A stretch of 64,000 nucleotides of DNA from the human T2T-CHM13v2.0 reference genome, Homo sapiens, in assembly GCF_009914755.1 (NCBI RefSeq), contig NC_060925.1; one strand, written 5' to 3'. Both the position numbers and the translations under genes were made by a program. Shown piece by piece: positions 26,381-41,004 of this stretch (positions are counted from its first letter, which is position 1; every line of letters begins with the position of its first letter). Under the pieces are notes generated by a model. The model had not been told where the DNA came from, ran no database searches, and saw only the letters and a program-made list of their open reading frames with translations.

Positions 26381-26439
26381 ACACACTTAAGCACATAACC
26401 CACAGACCCCACATAAACTACAAAGCAACCAGCTAATAA

Positions 26440-29400
26440 CTTCGCAATGTGATAAAAACCTTACTTATCACATTAAGTTTGAATGTAAATGGTCTAAACA
26501 CTGACTCCACTTAAAAGGCAGAGAGTTGCAAGTTGGATAAAAAAATAAGACCCATCTAGTTGCTGATTCCAAGAGACCCATCTTACATGTGCTAACACAT
26601 TTAGGCTCAAAGTAAAGGTTGGAGAAAGATCTATTATGCAAATAGAAAACAAAAAAGAGCAAAGGTTTCTACTCTTATATCAGATAAACAAATTCTAAGT
26701 CAACAACAGGAAAAAAGGACAAAAAGGGACATTGCATAATAATAAAACTTTCAATTTAACAAGAAGACTTAACTATCCTAAATATATATGCATCCAATAT
26801 TGGAGCACTCAGATTCATAAAACAAGTACTTTCAGACCAACAAAAAGACTTGGACAGCCACACAATAATAATGGTGGACTTCAACACTCTACTGACAGCA
26901 TTAGACAGATCACTGAGGCAGAAAACTAACAAAGAAATTCCGGACTTAAATTTGACTCTTGACCAATTGGACTTAATAGATATCTGCAGCATACTCCACC
27001 TATCAACCACAGAATATACATTCTTCACATCTGCACACAAAACATACTCCTACACTGACAACGGGCTTGGCCATAAAGCAAGTCTCAAAAAATATTTTAA
27101 AATATAGAAATCATACCAACCATACTCTCAGACCATAGTGGACTAAAAACAGAAATCAATACCAAGAAGGTCTCTCAAAAACCACACAATTACATGAGAA
27201 TTAAGCAATTTACTCCTGACTTATTTTTGGGTAAACAATGAAATTAAGGCAGAAATTTAAAAAAATATTTGAAATAAGTGAAAACAGACACAAAATACCA
27301 ACATTTCTGGGATGCAGCAAAATCAGTATTGAAAAGAAAGTTTATATCACTGAACACTTACCTCAAAAAGTTAGAAAGATCTCAAATTAATGCTGTAACA
27401 TCACACCTGGAGGAATCAAACATGAACAAACTAACTCCAAAGCTGGCAGAAGAAAAAAAACAACTACAATCATAGTGAAACAGAATGAAATTGAGACCCA
27501 AAAATTCATAGAAAGAATTAATGAAACCAAAAGTTGGTTTTTTGAAAGAATAAACAAGATCAATATACTGTTAGCTAGATTAACAAAAGAAAAAGAGAGA
27601 AGACCCAAATAAGGACAATCAGAAATGACAAAAGTGGTATTACAAAAGATCCTGCAGAAATACAAAATATCCTCAGAGATCATCATGGACATTAGGAGAA
27701 GGGACACCTACCTAACTCATTCTATGAAGGCATCATCACCCTGATACCACAACCTGGCAAAAACACAATGAAAAAAGAAAACTATAGTCCAACATCTGAT
27801 GAACGTGGAGGCAAAAGTCCTCAACAAAATACTAGCAAACAGAATCTAGCAGCATGTCAAAAAGTTAATTCACCACGATCAAGTAGGCTGCATTCCTGTG
27901 ATGCAAGGTTGTTTCAACATATGTAAATCAATTAATATGATTCACCACATAAACAGAATTAAAAATAAAAATTATAGGATAATCACCATAGATGTGGAAA
28001 AAGCCTTTTATAAAATCGTGTATCACTTTATGATAAAAACCTGCAACAAACTAGTATTGAAGGAACATACCTCAAAATAATAAGAGCTGTCTGTCACGAA
28101 CCCACAGCTAACATCATATTGAATGAGCAAAAGCTAGAAGCATTCCCCTTGAGAACTGGAACAAGACAAAGATGCTAACTGTCACCACTTCTATTTATTC
28201 AACATAGTACTGGAAGTCCTTGCCAGAACAATTAGGCAAGAGAAAGAAATAAAATGCATCCAGATTTGAAAAGAAGAAGTCAAACTATTTTTCTTTGCTG
28301 ATGATAGGATTCTATAGTTAGAAAACCCTAAAGACTCCATCAAAAGGCTTCTGGAACTAATACATAACTTCAGTAAAGTTTCAGGATACAAAGCAATATA
28401 CAAAAATCAATAGTATTTCTATATACTAATAATGTTCAAGGTGACAGCCAATAAAGCCTGCAATCCTATTTACACTAACCAGCAAAAAAATTAAAATATC
28501 TAGAAAATCATCTCTCCAAGGAGGTGAAAGATCTCTACAAGGAGAACTACAAAACAGTGCTGAAAGAAATCATAGATGACGCAAACAAATAACAAAACAT
28601 TCCATACTCACGAATTTGAAGAATCAATATTGTTAAAATGGCCATACTGCCCAAAGCAATCTACAGATTTAGCACTATGTCTATCAAACTACCAATGTCA
28701 TTTTCACAAAATTAGAAAAAAAACTATTCTAAAATTCAAATGGAACCAAAATAGAGCCTGAATAGCTAAAGCAACCCTATGAAAAGAGAACAAAGCTGGA
28801 GGCATCACATTACCTGACTTCAAGCCATACTATAAGGCTGTAGTAACCAAAACAGCATGGTAATGGTACAAAAGGAGACAGGTAGACCAATGGAACAGAA
28901 TAGAGAACCCAGAGGTAAAGCCTCACATCTACAGCAATCTGATCTTTGACAAAGTTGACAAAGGTAAGCACTGGGGAAAGGACTCCCCATTCAATAAATT
29001 GTCCCGGGTTAGCTGGCTAGCCATATGAAGAAGAATGAAACTGGACCCCTACCTTTTACCATATGCAAAAATTAACCAAGTTAAAGTAAAGATTTAAACA
29101 TAAAATGTCAAACTATAGGAATACTAGAAGAAAACCTAGGAAATACCTAGGAAACACTCTGGACATAGGGCTTTGGAAAGAATTTATGACTAGGTTCTCA
29201 ATAACAGTTGCAACAATAACAAAAATTGAACAGTGAGACCTAATTAAAGAGCTTCTGCACAACAAAAGAAACTATCAACAGAGTAAACAGACAACCTACA
29301 GAGTGGGAGAAAACCTCTACAAACTGTGCATCTGACAAAGGTTTAATACCCAGAATCTGTAAGGAACTTTAACAATTCAACAAGCAAAACACAAATTACT

Positions 29401-29750
29401 CTATTAAAAAGTGGGCAAAGGACACGAACAGACACTTCTCAAAAGAAGGCATACAAGTGGACAACAAACACATGAAAAAATGTTCCACATCACTAATCAT
29501 CAGAGAAATGCAAATCAAAACCACAATGAGATATCATCTCACACCAGTCAGAATGGCTATGATTAAAAAGTCAAAGAACAGCAGATGCTGGCAAGACTGT
29601 GGAGTAAAGGGAACACTTATAAGCTGTTGGTGAGAATGTAAATTAGTTCAGCTACTGTGGAAAGCAGTTTGGATATTTCTCAAAGAACTTAAAACAGAAC
29701 TACCTTTTGACCCAGCAATCCAATTACTGGGTATGTACCCAAAAGAAAAT
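26440..29750 (+). pseudogene. L1 ORF2p (endonuclease/RT) remnant
   Basis: TTGAATGTAAATGGTCTAAA (NVNGL), TTTGCTGATGATAGG (FADD motif), ACCACAATGAGATATCATCTCAC; multiple stops. Confidence 0.85.
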
Positions 29751-30234
29751 ATGTTAAGCAAATCTAGAAAAAGAAGAAAAGACTTAAGTGTCCAGAGTTG
29801 TCAATACGAATTAAGGGTATGAACTTTAAAAATGGAATAATTTCTGAAGGCCAACTTAGCCTATTTCACAATTTTGCTTAAGTTATATGTTCCAACAAAA
29901 CATTACACACACTCGCTCAGCTGGAGAGAGCCTGTTAAGAAATATCACAAAACTTATCAGCCTAACCAGCACCTACCAAGAAGCTCCAGGACTCCCCAGC
30001 TGGAGAAGGGTTTCCTCTAATTTGCTTTAGAGCTCTGGAATTTACAGATACTACTATGTGGACCTGGTGCAAAATTCCTAGCTCAGAGTTGTAGCTTTTT
30101 TGTAATGTGGAAAAACAAAGAAACTGATTTAAAAAAAAAAAAAAATCAGAGAACACTGTAGCTCTTCATCATCCTGCATTCTGTGTGCAGAAAGTACCCC
30201 AAATGGTTTACAAGAAACTATGCCCACAAAAAGA

Positions 30235-30480
30235 TAATAATAAAAACAACAATGATAGCTCCTGTTTACTGCACATGTACTACTTTATATGCACTATCTC
30301 CTTCTTTGTTCATATCAGCCCTATGAGACAGGTGCCTTTGTTGTCTCTACTTGATAAAAGAGGAAACTAAGAATCATATAAAGTTTAAATAACTTGTCCT
30401 TAGTCAAACAGCCACTGAGGAGCAGATTTAAACCCACCTGATTCCAGTTTAGACTCCTTACCACAAGTCTATACCGTATA
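30235..30480 (-). mobile_element. MIR
   Basis: GAGGAAACTAAG...AATAACTTGTCC...GATTTAAACCCA. Confidence 0.7.
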
Positions 30481-31479
30481 ATGTGTATGGGAATCTTTCT
30501 CGACTTCTGAAAGACTTCTGAAAGAAGGAATTTTAACGGCTTTTAAACTTGAGTCTTATCTTTTTGTTTCTTTTTCTAGTATGATTGCAGGACTACAAAC
30601 AGAGAACATTTGCAGAGCCATAATTTTCTACCATACTGATAGGCCCACTGATGAACCTTTACAGTCCTCCTCTTTGAGCCATGCTTCCTGCTTCCGTGGG
30701 CCAAGTTTATGCTTCTGAGCTCCTGACGAGTGCTTCTGCAACTGATCCACATGCACATAGCCAGGTGCCCTATGTGCATGTAGAAAATAAGCCAGACAGG
30801 GCATGGACTTTGCACTCTGAGCACAGAGCAGACAGGACAAAGTTCTACAGCAAAATGCTGGGACACCCCAAAAAAACCCTCCACTCTTAGACTATGCAGC
30901 CAGAAACCTGGTTTCCTTAGAGAGTGGTTCTGAATTTCACTTCCCAGGAGGAGGATGACTTCAGAGCTGCAATATTTGGAGTGTGGCAGAGCAGAGATCA
31001 AATGGGTAGGGTGCTACAGGGATTGATGGCTATCTTGCAGGAGTTAGAGGAGGGAGCTGCACTTGGCTCAGATGCTGAGTGTCTGAAGTCAGATCCCAGA
31101 CCCCATGTGAGTGAGCAAGTGCAGAGATAAGCAGTGAAGGTTGAGCCCTTAAGGGATGCCCACAATCAACTGTTAATGAAAAGGGAAGAAAGGGAAGCTC
31201 AGAGCCTCAGCCAGCCCTGGTAGCCTGGCTCTGAGAAAGACTGGGGTCCTCCCCGAGCTGTGCTGTCTGTGGGGACTCTATGGACCACTGTCTTTTCCAA
31301 GGACACATTCAGTTCTGTACCACACAGCTGCCTTCATACTTATATTGGTTCCCTCCTTTTTCAGGACCAGGAAGATGGGGTAAGTCAACCCACACATATT
31401 TATTACGCACTGTCTATTTTCGTGAGCTCCAGGGCTGTATTCGCCACTGTTCATGAGATATCTCTGTCTAGAAATCTTG

Positions 31480-32180
31480 CTGACCCCTGAAAGTATTCAA
31501 AATGGAATTATATTTCATCCCAAATATCTTTCCCTATTTCAGTGAATGGCATCATAGCCACAGGCTGAATAACTTCATAGGATTTTATTCCTACCTCATC
31601 ATTGTCCCCACACCTGTTCAGTTGCAAATGTGACAGGTTTAATGGTGAAATCTTTCTCACTTCCATCCCCCTTACCTCTGTTTCCATTGTCTGCAGGCTA
31701 ACTCAGGCCCTCATTATCTCTTATCTAGACCATGCTGACTGCCTCCTAATTGATCTTCCTGCAGCACATTCTTCTGCCTCCAGCATATCTCATCCACTGT
31801 TGCCAGATAAATTTTACTAAAGCAGGGCCCAGATGGTGTCACTTCCCTGCTCTGATGCCTTTGAAGACTCCCCACGGCCTAGAGAATCAAGAACAGACTC
31901 TTCAGCGTGCTCTGTGAGGCCCTTGAGATCTGGGCTCATTACTCCAAGACCTCTTCCCTTCATGCACCTTCGCCCCTCTGTTTGTTAGTGTGGCAGGTCT
32001 TCGCTTAAGCTTTCTTTTACCTACAGTGTTTTTCCACCAACTGTAAGCTTTTAAACCTTACCTAATCTTTCAGGGCTATCAGATGTGATGTTTGCATAAA
32101 CACTTCCCTGAATCCCTCCGGTTACAAGTGAACATTACTACTTTGGATTTTGTGGCATTTATTGCTTTTTTTTTTCTGTC
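31480..32180 (+). mobile_element. L2 fragment
   Basis: CAGGCCCTCATTATCTCTTATCTAGAC...GCCTCCTAATTGATCTTCCTGC...GTCACTTCCCTGCT. Confidence 0.75.
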
Positions 32181-33383
32181 GCATTCATTTATTCAACAGG
32201 TAGCAAATGCCTTGACGATTTTTTTTAAAAGGGGCTCAATGAATAGCTGTTTAATTCTTTTTTTTTTTTTTTGGCCATTTTACCACTTTCTGTTACTAAT
32301 GAGGAAGATGTCATAAGTTGCTTGACTTATGTGGTATAATGTGGCTGTTTTCCTGAAACATTATTGAATTAAACTCTGAAGTCAAGGGCTCAAACAAACT
32401 TTAAAATAAAAAAAAATATTTAAGAGAAGTTTATAGTCCACCATTGTCATTGTTCCTTATGCTAACCATGGAGCAAAACATATTTTGAGTGCTACTGACA
32501 ACTCTGTCTTCCATGACAATCTTCTCATTTTACTCTTCTTTCTTATGGGTCCTATCTGTAGATGGAGTGTGAAGGAGAAGTAGTACTTACCATTCTAAGA
32601 ATTCATGCTAATGTAATTTGGACAGGCATGACTTCAAAGCCTACAGATGCTTCATCATCACCAAACACTTCTGAAAACATAACACAGGTCAGAGTTTTCC
32701 CTAAGCCATTTTTTAAGGTTGGCTTTGATCCTTCCAGCAGTCACTGGGTAACACTTCTAATCTTAATGTACCGGGAAAGATGCAATAGTATGCACATTCT
32801 TCAAAGCAGGAAAGTTACATATTCTGGTCATTACAGATTTTCTTTCTTCACAATATTCTGCGATACTTCCTGAAAAGACAGTTGGCCTTAAATTCAAATG
32901 CAACTCTGGATTAACTAGCATCTAATAGGGAAGCATTTTACAAATGTTACCACGATTCACATCAGCATTGTAAAAATATTTAGTAAATAGACTAAATTTA
33001 TAAATAAGTTCCATGAAAAAGTTACTTTCTTTCCTTACAATGCCGTGACTTTTAAAATACATTTTTATCAGCCTAAAGCTTTGTTTTGCCTTTCATCATT
33101 AGAAATGATGAAACTTGCCTTCTGAATAGTCACACAAATTATTCAGCTATAAATACTCACCTTTTTATTTTTTTAAGTGAAGGAGGGCATGCTGTAAGCT
33201 TTTTATAGAGGACAAGGCATAAATCAATTCCATGCAATATAAGGCAATAAAATATTAGAACATTTTTATTTTACTTCAAATTTGACTAGCTCTTTGTCAG
33301 TTGAGTCTATATAACACAGATGATCTTGCACTTTTTCAGCAACATGTTACTATGCTATTTTCCTACATGTACAGAACTGTTTT

Positions 33384-33692
33384 GTTTTTTATTTTATTAT
33401 TATTTTTTTTTGGGGATGGAGTCTCACTCTATCGCCCAGGCTAGGGTGCAGTGGCGCGATCTCAGCTCACTGCAACCCCTGCCTCCTGGGTTCAAGCGAT
33501 TCTCCTGCCTCAGCCTCCTGAGTAGCTGGGATTACAGGCAAGCGCCACCATGCCCGGCTAATTTTTGTATTTTTAGTAGAGATGGTGTTTCACTATGTTG
33601 GTCAGGCTGGTCTCAAACTCCTGACCTTGTGATCCGCCTGCCTCGGCCTCCTAAAGTGCTGGGATTACAGGCATGAGCCACTGTGCCCAGCC
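33384..33692 (-). mobile_element. AluS
   Basis: TSD CAGAACTGTTTT at 33372-33383 and 33694-33705. Confidence 0.96.
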
Positions 33693-34499
33693 CCAGAACT
33701 GTTTTTATAATAATGTGGACATAAACTTCTTATATTTGTTCTTTCTCTTTGGCAAACAAAACTTTTTAAACACACAAAATAAATCTAAATAAAAAATGTA
33801 TATAATAATTTAAACATAAGTTTATTTTGCTGCATTCAACAACCACAGTAACTTTCATTTCTGTCTGGTTAATTTCACTCAAGGGCAGCATAGCACAAAT
33901 TACATAAGTGCCTCATAGACAATTCGTGTGTGGTATTTGTGTGCCTTCTAGGTAGTACCATCTAAACATAATGGTGCTATTAGGAGTACGGACATACGTA
34001 GAGTTTATATTTTCCTTCACAGAATGCTTACAAACTAATCTACTTTTTAAATGTGGGCATTTCTAGAGAGGCAGGGTAATTCCTTTAAAGCAATAGAAAT
34101 ATGAAGGGCTCCAACTGACACATGTTCCTCATTAATCAATTTTTATTGAGATTCTAACATACCTATAGCATAAGCAGTAAAACAATCTATGAAATGCGAT
34201 TTATGTCAATAAAGAAATTATAATTAAGTTGAGAACCATTAGGTTGATCCTATGGTTATGGATCACAAAAAGGCTACATAGTCACTGTGGCATGATGTAG
34301 TTTGTAACTTATGAAAAAGAGAACTGGGGATAAATTTGAGGAGAGAAGGAATTCTGGGAAATATGAAATATATTCCCAATAATGGGCACCACTTGAGCAA
34401 GGGGTAATGAATGAGCAGAAAACAATGCCAATTCAAAGAACATTGCTTTAATGACCCCATGGTGCTCTTGTTTGATTTTATACTAGAAATGTCAATGAT

Positions 34500-34900
34500 A
34501 TTCACCACCACATATTTCCTTCCCACCTTCCTAAAGGAATTTCTCCACTCATAGCCTAGAAGGAGCAACCTAGCTACAACTCGATAGCCTACTACCTACC
34601 CAGCCACTGCTGATTGGCCAAGGGTCTTATAACACCCATGCTGAGCCAATTAAATTTCTGTCCCAGAAATTGAAAACAGAGGTTCAAAAGTGGAGTCAGT
34701 CAGGGTTGGACACATGAGATAGAAGATCATGTGGATTTAGGCACTGGAGCTTCAGACCAAGAGGGATTAAGAGACATTTGAGAAGAAGCTGATGCAATTG
34801 ACTCAAGAGGAAGAGAGCTACAGAACAAGTAGTTGTTTAATGATTTTCAGTTCCTCCAAAGTCCCAGTGTATTCCCTGAGCTTGATTTCTTTAATCTAGT
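34500..34900 (+). mobile_element. LTR16-like ERVL LTR fragment
   Basis: CCAGCCACTGCTGATTGGCCAAGGG...GCTGAGCCAAT motif. Confidence 0.5.
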
Positions 34901-35639
34901 CTAACTGAAGTGTTTTCTCTCCACTCTTACTAAGTCATCTCTAAGATGACCTTCTGGGTACACTGTAGTGGTCATCTTATATTTTTCATTGGCCTCTCTC
35001 TCATTAACTCTAAACTCTGCCACCTTTTCTGTTATCACTTCTCCTTTGTCTTCTATTATTCTTTTCTTTTTGTCTCTTATCTTTCCTCCCTGTTACTTCA
35101 CCTGTACTTTTCAGCTTCGTCACTACAAGGTTTAGTCATTTATTATAACAAGGATGGGGCTACTTATGTTTGGCCAATGAACCGACCAATGATATCATCC
35201 TGTCAGTAATTTTCTTATCCTTGGCACTTGATTATTTTCATTATTGCTTAATATTTGATTTTTTTTACTTAATTTGGATTGAGAATTATTTTAACATGAT
35301 AAAATTGCTAGTCATCCATTAATAATTCTCATAACTGGAAATGATGGCTTTCATTGCTTTTCTTAAGTAAACATGAACATTTAGTAGTTTTATATATATA
35401 GACAATGTGGGCAGGAGGAGTATGATTTATTTCTGCATTAAAATAAGTAAGTTGAATGATCTCACTGTCTAAAAAAGCTATGTTTGAATCACTAGGTCAT
35501 TCACTTCCACCCCTAGTAATCATGCCATTGGTGAGAGAAGATGGGAGGCAGAGGCAAGTTAGAAGTCATGGAAACCTATTCAAAATAAAAATAAATGCAT
35601 TCAAAAGGTTTCTATTTTTGCTATCATTTTCATTAAGTC

Positions 35640-36320
<681 letters not shown>

Positions 36321-36420
36321 TCTGCAAATACTCATTGATCACATAAAGAATCATATCACTCTACATTTCATGTTGGTCTCATGAAAGAGGTTCTGTCATG
36401 GCATATACTGTGTAGTGGGA

Positions 36421-36902
36421 TATAATAGGTTAAATTGTGGCCCCCAAGAAGGTATGTTTAAGTCCTAACCCTTGGTACTTGGAAATGTGACCGTTATGGA
36501 AATAAGGCGTTCAAATAAGGTCTTTGAAGATATAATCCAGTTGAGATAAGATCATACTGGATCAAGAGAACCCTAAATCCAATGACTGGTATATCTACAG
36601 GAGAAAGGGAAGAAATATTTGAACACAGAGACACAAAGGAGATACACAAGGAAGGTCATGTGATGATTGAGGCAGAAATTGGAGTGTTGCAGCCACAAGC
36701 CAGGGAATGCCAAGGATTGGCAGCAACCATCAAAACTAGGAAGAAGCAAGAAAGGATTCTTCCGCAGAGCCTTCAGAGGGAGCATGGCCTGTTGACACCT
36801 TGATTGCAGATTTGTAGCCTCCAGAAAAGTGAGAGAGCAGATTTCCATTACTTTAAGCTACCTTGGTGGCAATTTCTGTGGCAGACACAGGAAACCAGTA
36901 CA
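36421..36902 (+). mobile_element. MLT1C-like solo LTR
   Basis: GTGGCCCCCAAG...CCCTAAATCCAATGACTGGT...GCAGCCACAAGCCAGGGAATGCC...CAGGAAACCAGTACA. Confidence 0.88.
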
Positions 36903-37497
36903 GAGGTATGAACTAGAGGAAAGCATTGAATAGGCTGTGTCAGATGGTTTTGAAACACATATATACATGCAACCACCACCACCACAACAGCAATAATTAG
37001 CTTTTTAAATGGATAATTAAGGGTACACGAAAATACAACAGATTAGATTAGGATCAGTGGAAAACTTAAGATCACTCTTTCCACGTGCTCATCTAGCAGC
37101 CACATGGGCCACATTGCTTCTCATTTGTACTAAGAAATTTCAGGTAGGCTATCCTGGTGATATTGAAACATTACTTCCATTCTTCCTTTATTAAATTTGC
37201 CTCTTCCGTGTGGCCAGAAAGCCAATGTTTGTCCTTTCTGAAGTTGTTCTGCCCAGAAGAACTGTATTTCAGTGAGTATAGCTTCAAATGATGCTTAATT
37301 TTGGGACCTGGGTGTTGGTGCTTCTGCCAGAATGATGGAGTTAGCACTACTCTATAGCAACAAAGGAAAAAATCTTTACATCTTTGCAACATCCAGATGA
37401 GCAGAATAAAGACAATGAACAAGGAGGAGGGAGAACCAAACGATTCAAGCAAGTGTTGATTCATCATGGTTAACTTCTCTATTCAAAATTTGATGCC

Positions 37498-37822
37498 TAC
37501 CAGGTGCAGTGGTTATGCTTGTAATTCCAGCACTTTGGGAGGCTGAGGTGGACAGATTGCTTGAGCTCAGGAGTTTGAGACCAGCCTTGGCAACATGGTG
37601 AAACTACAAAAGTTTACAAAAAATATCTATCTATCTACAAAAAAATACAACAATTACTTGCATGGTGGTGCTTGCCTGTAGTCCCAGCTACTCAGGGGAT
37701 TGAGGTGCGAGGATCACTTGAGCCCTGGAGGTCAAGGCTGCAGTGAGCCATGTTCAGCACCACAGCCTGGGCAACAGAGTGAGGCCCTATCTCAAAACAA
37801 AACAAAACAAAACAAACAAAAC
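37498..37822 (+). mobile_element. AluJ with (AAAAC)n tail
   Basis: TSD AAAAT(T/C)TGATGC at 37485-37496 and 37823-37834. Confidence 0.93.
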
Positions 37823-37972
37823 AAAATCTGATGCTGTGGGAATTGTTGTAGTTGTTTTCTTTTTCCTAGTGAACATATCCTTTTCTAAGACAATGGATTT
37901 CATATGTTGATGTTGCAATCAATCTATTGTGCAATTCAAGTCAACAGAATGTTCATGCTCTGTCTGGGGCAA

Positions 37973-38475
37973 TGTAGTAGGTTGCGCCCCTGCTTGTCAT
38001 TCATATTCTTTGTCATGTTACTTGTATTTCCCTTCACAAGAAGCATGTGGAGTTCCCACTCCATTGATTCTGCATTTGGCCATTGGTCCTGTTTTGACCA
38101 ATAGAATGTGGATGGGCATGAGAGAGTTTCCATTTTGAGCTTAGGACTTAGGAGGCCTGCCATATTTAAGCTCATCCCTCTTGTGTTTTTATTTATTTAT
38201 TTATTTATTTTTATTCATTCCATTTTGTGTTTCTGTCATCACTAAGAGAAAAACATGCCATAGCTAGTTATGGTCCAAAGAGAATGAGACACACATGGAG
38301 AAGGCCTGAACTCAAACTGAAAATTGGTGTCAAGCTCAACAGAGACTAGGCTGGATTACTCAACCTGGAGCTGACCCAAAATTACATGAGTTAGTATAAA
38401 AGATGGTTTATTTTAAGCCATTGACTTTTGGGATATTTCTTATACAGCATTACTGTGACAATAACTGAATGATAT
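37973..38475 (+). mobile_element. MLT1H-like solo LTR
   Basis: TTTGACCAATAGAATGTGG...TTTTAAGCCATTG...CAGCATTACTGTGACAATAACTG. Confidence 0.75.
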
Positions 38476-40171
38476 GGGTGGGTTCTGACAAGTGAGATAT
38501 TTTATAGAAAGTATAAAAATTCATTACAGCAATATCTGTTAATGATTAGATTGATCATGGTCATGGAGAGAGTGTATGGTATTCTAGAAGGAAATGAAGA
38601 CCAGCATGCAGGATTACTGGTGAGGACCTTAGATACATATGAATCAGCCACCATCTCTAAGTTTTATTTCATTCACCCATTAAATACCTCCCTTATCCCA
38701 GAGTGTTTGGGAGAATGGCATGTAAAAAAACCATTCAGAAAGACTTAAGTGCCATATAAACACATGTAGTTATTATTATTAATCATTATCATTTGATCAT
38801 TATGATATTATTGTATATATTATTTATATATTATTTATTACAATTGATATTTGAGGGGGAAGATCAGGATGGTGATAATCAATTTTAAGGTAGGACATTA
38901 GGTTTAGGTAACATTCACTTGCGGTACAAAAAATTAATGGCAATATCTGGGTTTATATTTGTCCCTAAATTTCTTATTTATTGTCCTGACATCTTGGTTT
39001 AATATTTTTCTTTCAAGTTCAGCTAATGCTGCATGTGGAGAGATGTAGATAACTTGGTAAAAGGATGAGTTCCCAAGAAGAGATGAGCATAGTTCAGTCT
39101 TTATCAAGAAAGCACCATCACTTTTCCTATACACAGCAATGTGATTATATTTCAAGGACCCAAGTTTATTTTTGAAACAGATATTTATATTTCAGGCAGC
39201 CTGCTTAAAACACGTATTAGATTTGAAGTGAGAATTTATTGCCTTTGTGGCTTTGAAGTCTATATTTTTTATATGATCTTCCAGAAGGAGCTCAGATTCT
39301 GTCTTCAATGGAGACCTGGCAGAGCTACTGTTGAGGCAACTGGCTGGAGGAGAGGGGTTTTAGTGCTTGGTCGTGGGGAAGAATTTTCTAAGCTTATCTT
39401 ATGGTGCCACAGATGCAGTTTATTCATTTATTTGCCCAACAAAATCTTATTAAGTCTCTGCTTTGTGGAAGTTTCTGTACTAGGCTCTGAGATAACTGTT
39501 GCTCCAAATCACTTGTGATAGCTCTGTGTCTCACCCATGTGAAATTTAAAGTCGTCTCTCTGTCCAAAGAGCACTCTAGTGAGAAGATTCTAGTTTACAT
39601 TTTACTCCTTGAAAACTCTGATCCTGGCACTCTCGTGTCTTCCAGTGACATGAAAGGGTTAATGTATGTTTTTCAGCACCTGTCACAATTCTGGAGCAAC
39701 TCAGGCAGTCAAAAGAAGAGGGCTCAATTGATGTAGGCACAAGTGTGTGGGCATTTGGAACACTATACATAGGTTGCTCTTTTATTCTCTCTTCCCTCCT
39801 CCCAGCTTTGGCCTGGGGACATGAGTGGTGACTTAAATGAACCACAAAACATTGCTGGGAAAATCTACAGTGTGCTGAAGGAGGCAGCAAAGCATTGAGA
39901 TGAACAGATTTGGGAGCTTTCTGAGCAGGGGAGAGATAGCACCTAGTATTTATGGGACAGTTAAACTCCCATGTGCTCTGGTACTATGAATCTGGAAAAG
40001 TGTCATCCAGTCATCAACCCAGGACTTCTCACTGGCATTTATCAAAGTCATGATACCTTCCAAATGCGAATGATGGGACACAGCCAGACAGTTCATCCAG
40101 AACTACATTGTTATAACTCTTGTTGCTTCCTAAATGAAAGGATATATTTCATCTGCATGGATGGACAGTTG

Positions 40172-40357
40172 CTTTTCTTTTCTTCTCTTTTTTCTTTTCT
40201 TTTCTCCCTTCCTTCCTTCTTTCTTTTCTTCCTTCCTTCCTTCCCTCCTTTCTTCTTTCCTCCTTCCTTCCTTCCCTCCTTTCTTCTTTCCTCCTTCCTT
40301 CCTTTCTTCTTCCTTCTTTCCTTCCTTCCTTCATCCCTTCCTTCCTTCTTTCTTCCC
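40172..40357 (+). repeat. Polypyrimidine (TTCC/TTTC)n low-complexity tract
   Basis: ~185 bp almost entirely C/T. Confidence 0.95.
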
Positions 40358-40729
40358 TAAAGCTCCTGCATTTACTTATTACCTGAGCAACTCCTGTAGG
40401 TCTTAAGATCCCAGAGGCAAAAGTATCCTAACATAGACTTACAGAGAAACAGCCACAGAAGTAGGTTTTTATCACCAGAGTGCTGCCGAATTCAACAGGA
40501 GCATCTGTGGAAAAGTAGAACAAGGTTTATTATTTTCAGAAGACTGGAGTTTGAACCCAAGCTTGCCACTTAGCAACATTTTGGCCTTGGGCTAGTTATA
40601 ATCTTTCTGAACCATGCTGTTCATACCGTACACTCACTCCCTGACCGTGATCAATCTAATCATTAATAGATACTGCTGTAATGAATTTTTATACTTTCTA
40701 CAAAATATCTCACTTGTCAGAACCCACCC

Positions 40730-40960
40730 ATATCAGTCAGTTATTGTCACAGTAATGCTGTATAAGAAATATCTCAAAAGTCAATGGCTTAAAATAAACC
40801 ATCTTTTATACTAACTCATGTAATTTTGGGTCAGCTCCAGGTTGAGTAATCCAGCCTAGTCTCTGTTGAGCTTGACTCCAATTTTCAGTTTGAGTTCAGG
40901 CCTTCTCCATGTGTGTCTCATTCTCTTTGGACCATAACTAGCTATGGCATGCTGTTCTCA
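40730..40960 (-). mobile_element. Old MLT1 LTR fragment
   Basis: TATCAGTCAGTTATTGTCACAGTAATGCTGTATAA...AATGGCTTAAAATAA. Confidence 0.65.
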
Positions 40961-41004
40961 TTGTCTTCATCTGTAACTTGGGTGCATAAATGCCTGCTCT
41001 GGTT

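Larger units (their letters stand above)
23036..29750 (+). mobile_element. L1, L1PA15-17/L1P4 age class: 5'UTR, decayed ORF1 and ORF2, no 3'UTR
   Basis: ORF1 remnant (NLENIFEEIIQENFSNL, ORF 25871-26062); EN/RT remnants ([32 protein letters not shown]); many stops and frameshifts. Confidence 0.92.

Noticed and set aside
25340-29750. Active or intact L1 coding capacity
   Set aside because: ORF1 and ORF2 are broken into fragments under 90 aa, with an internal deletion and a missing 3' end
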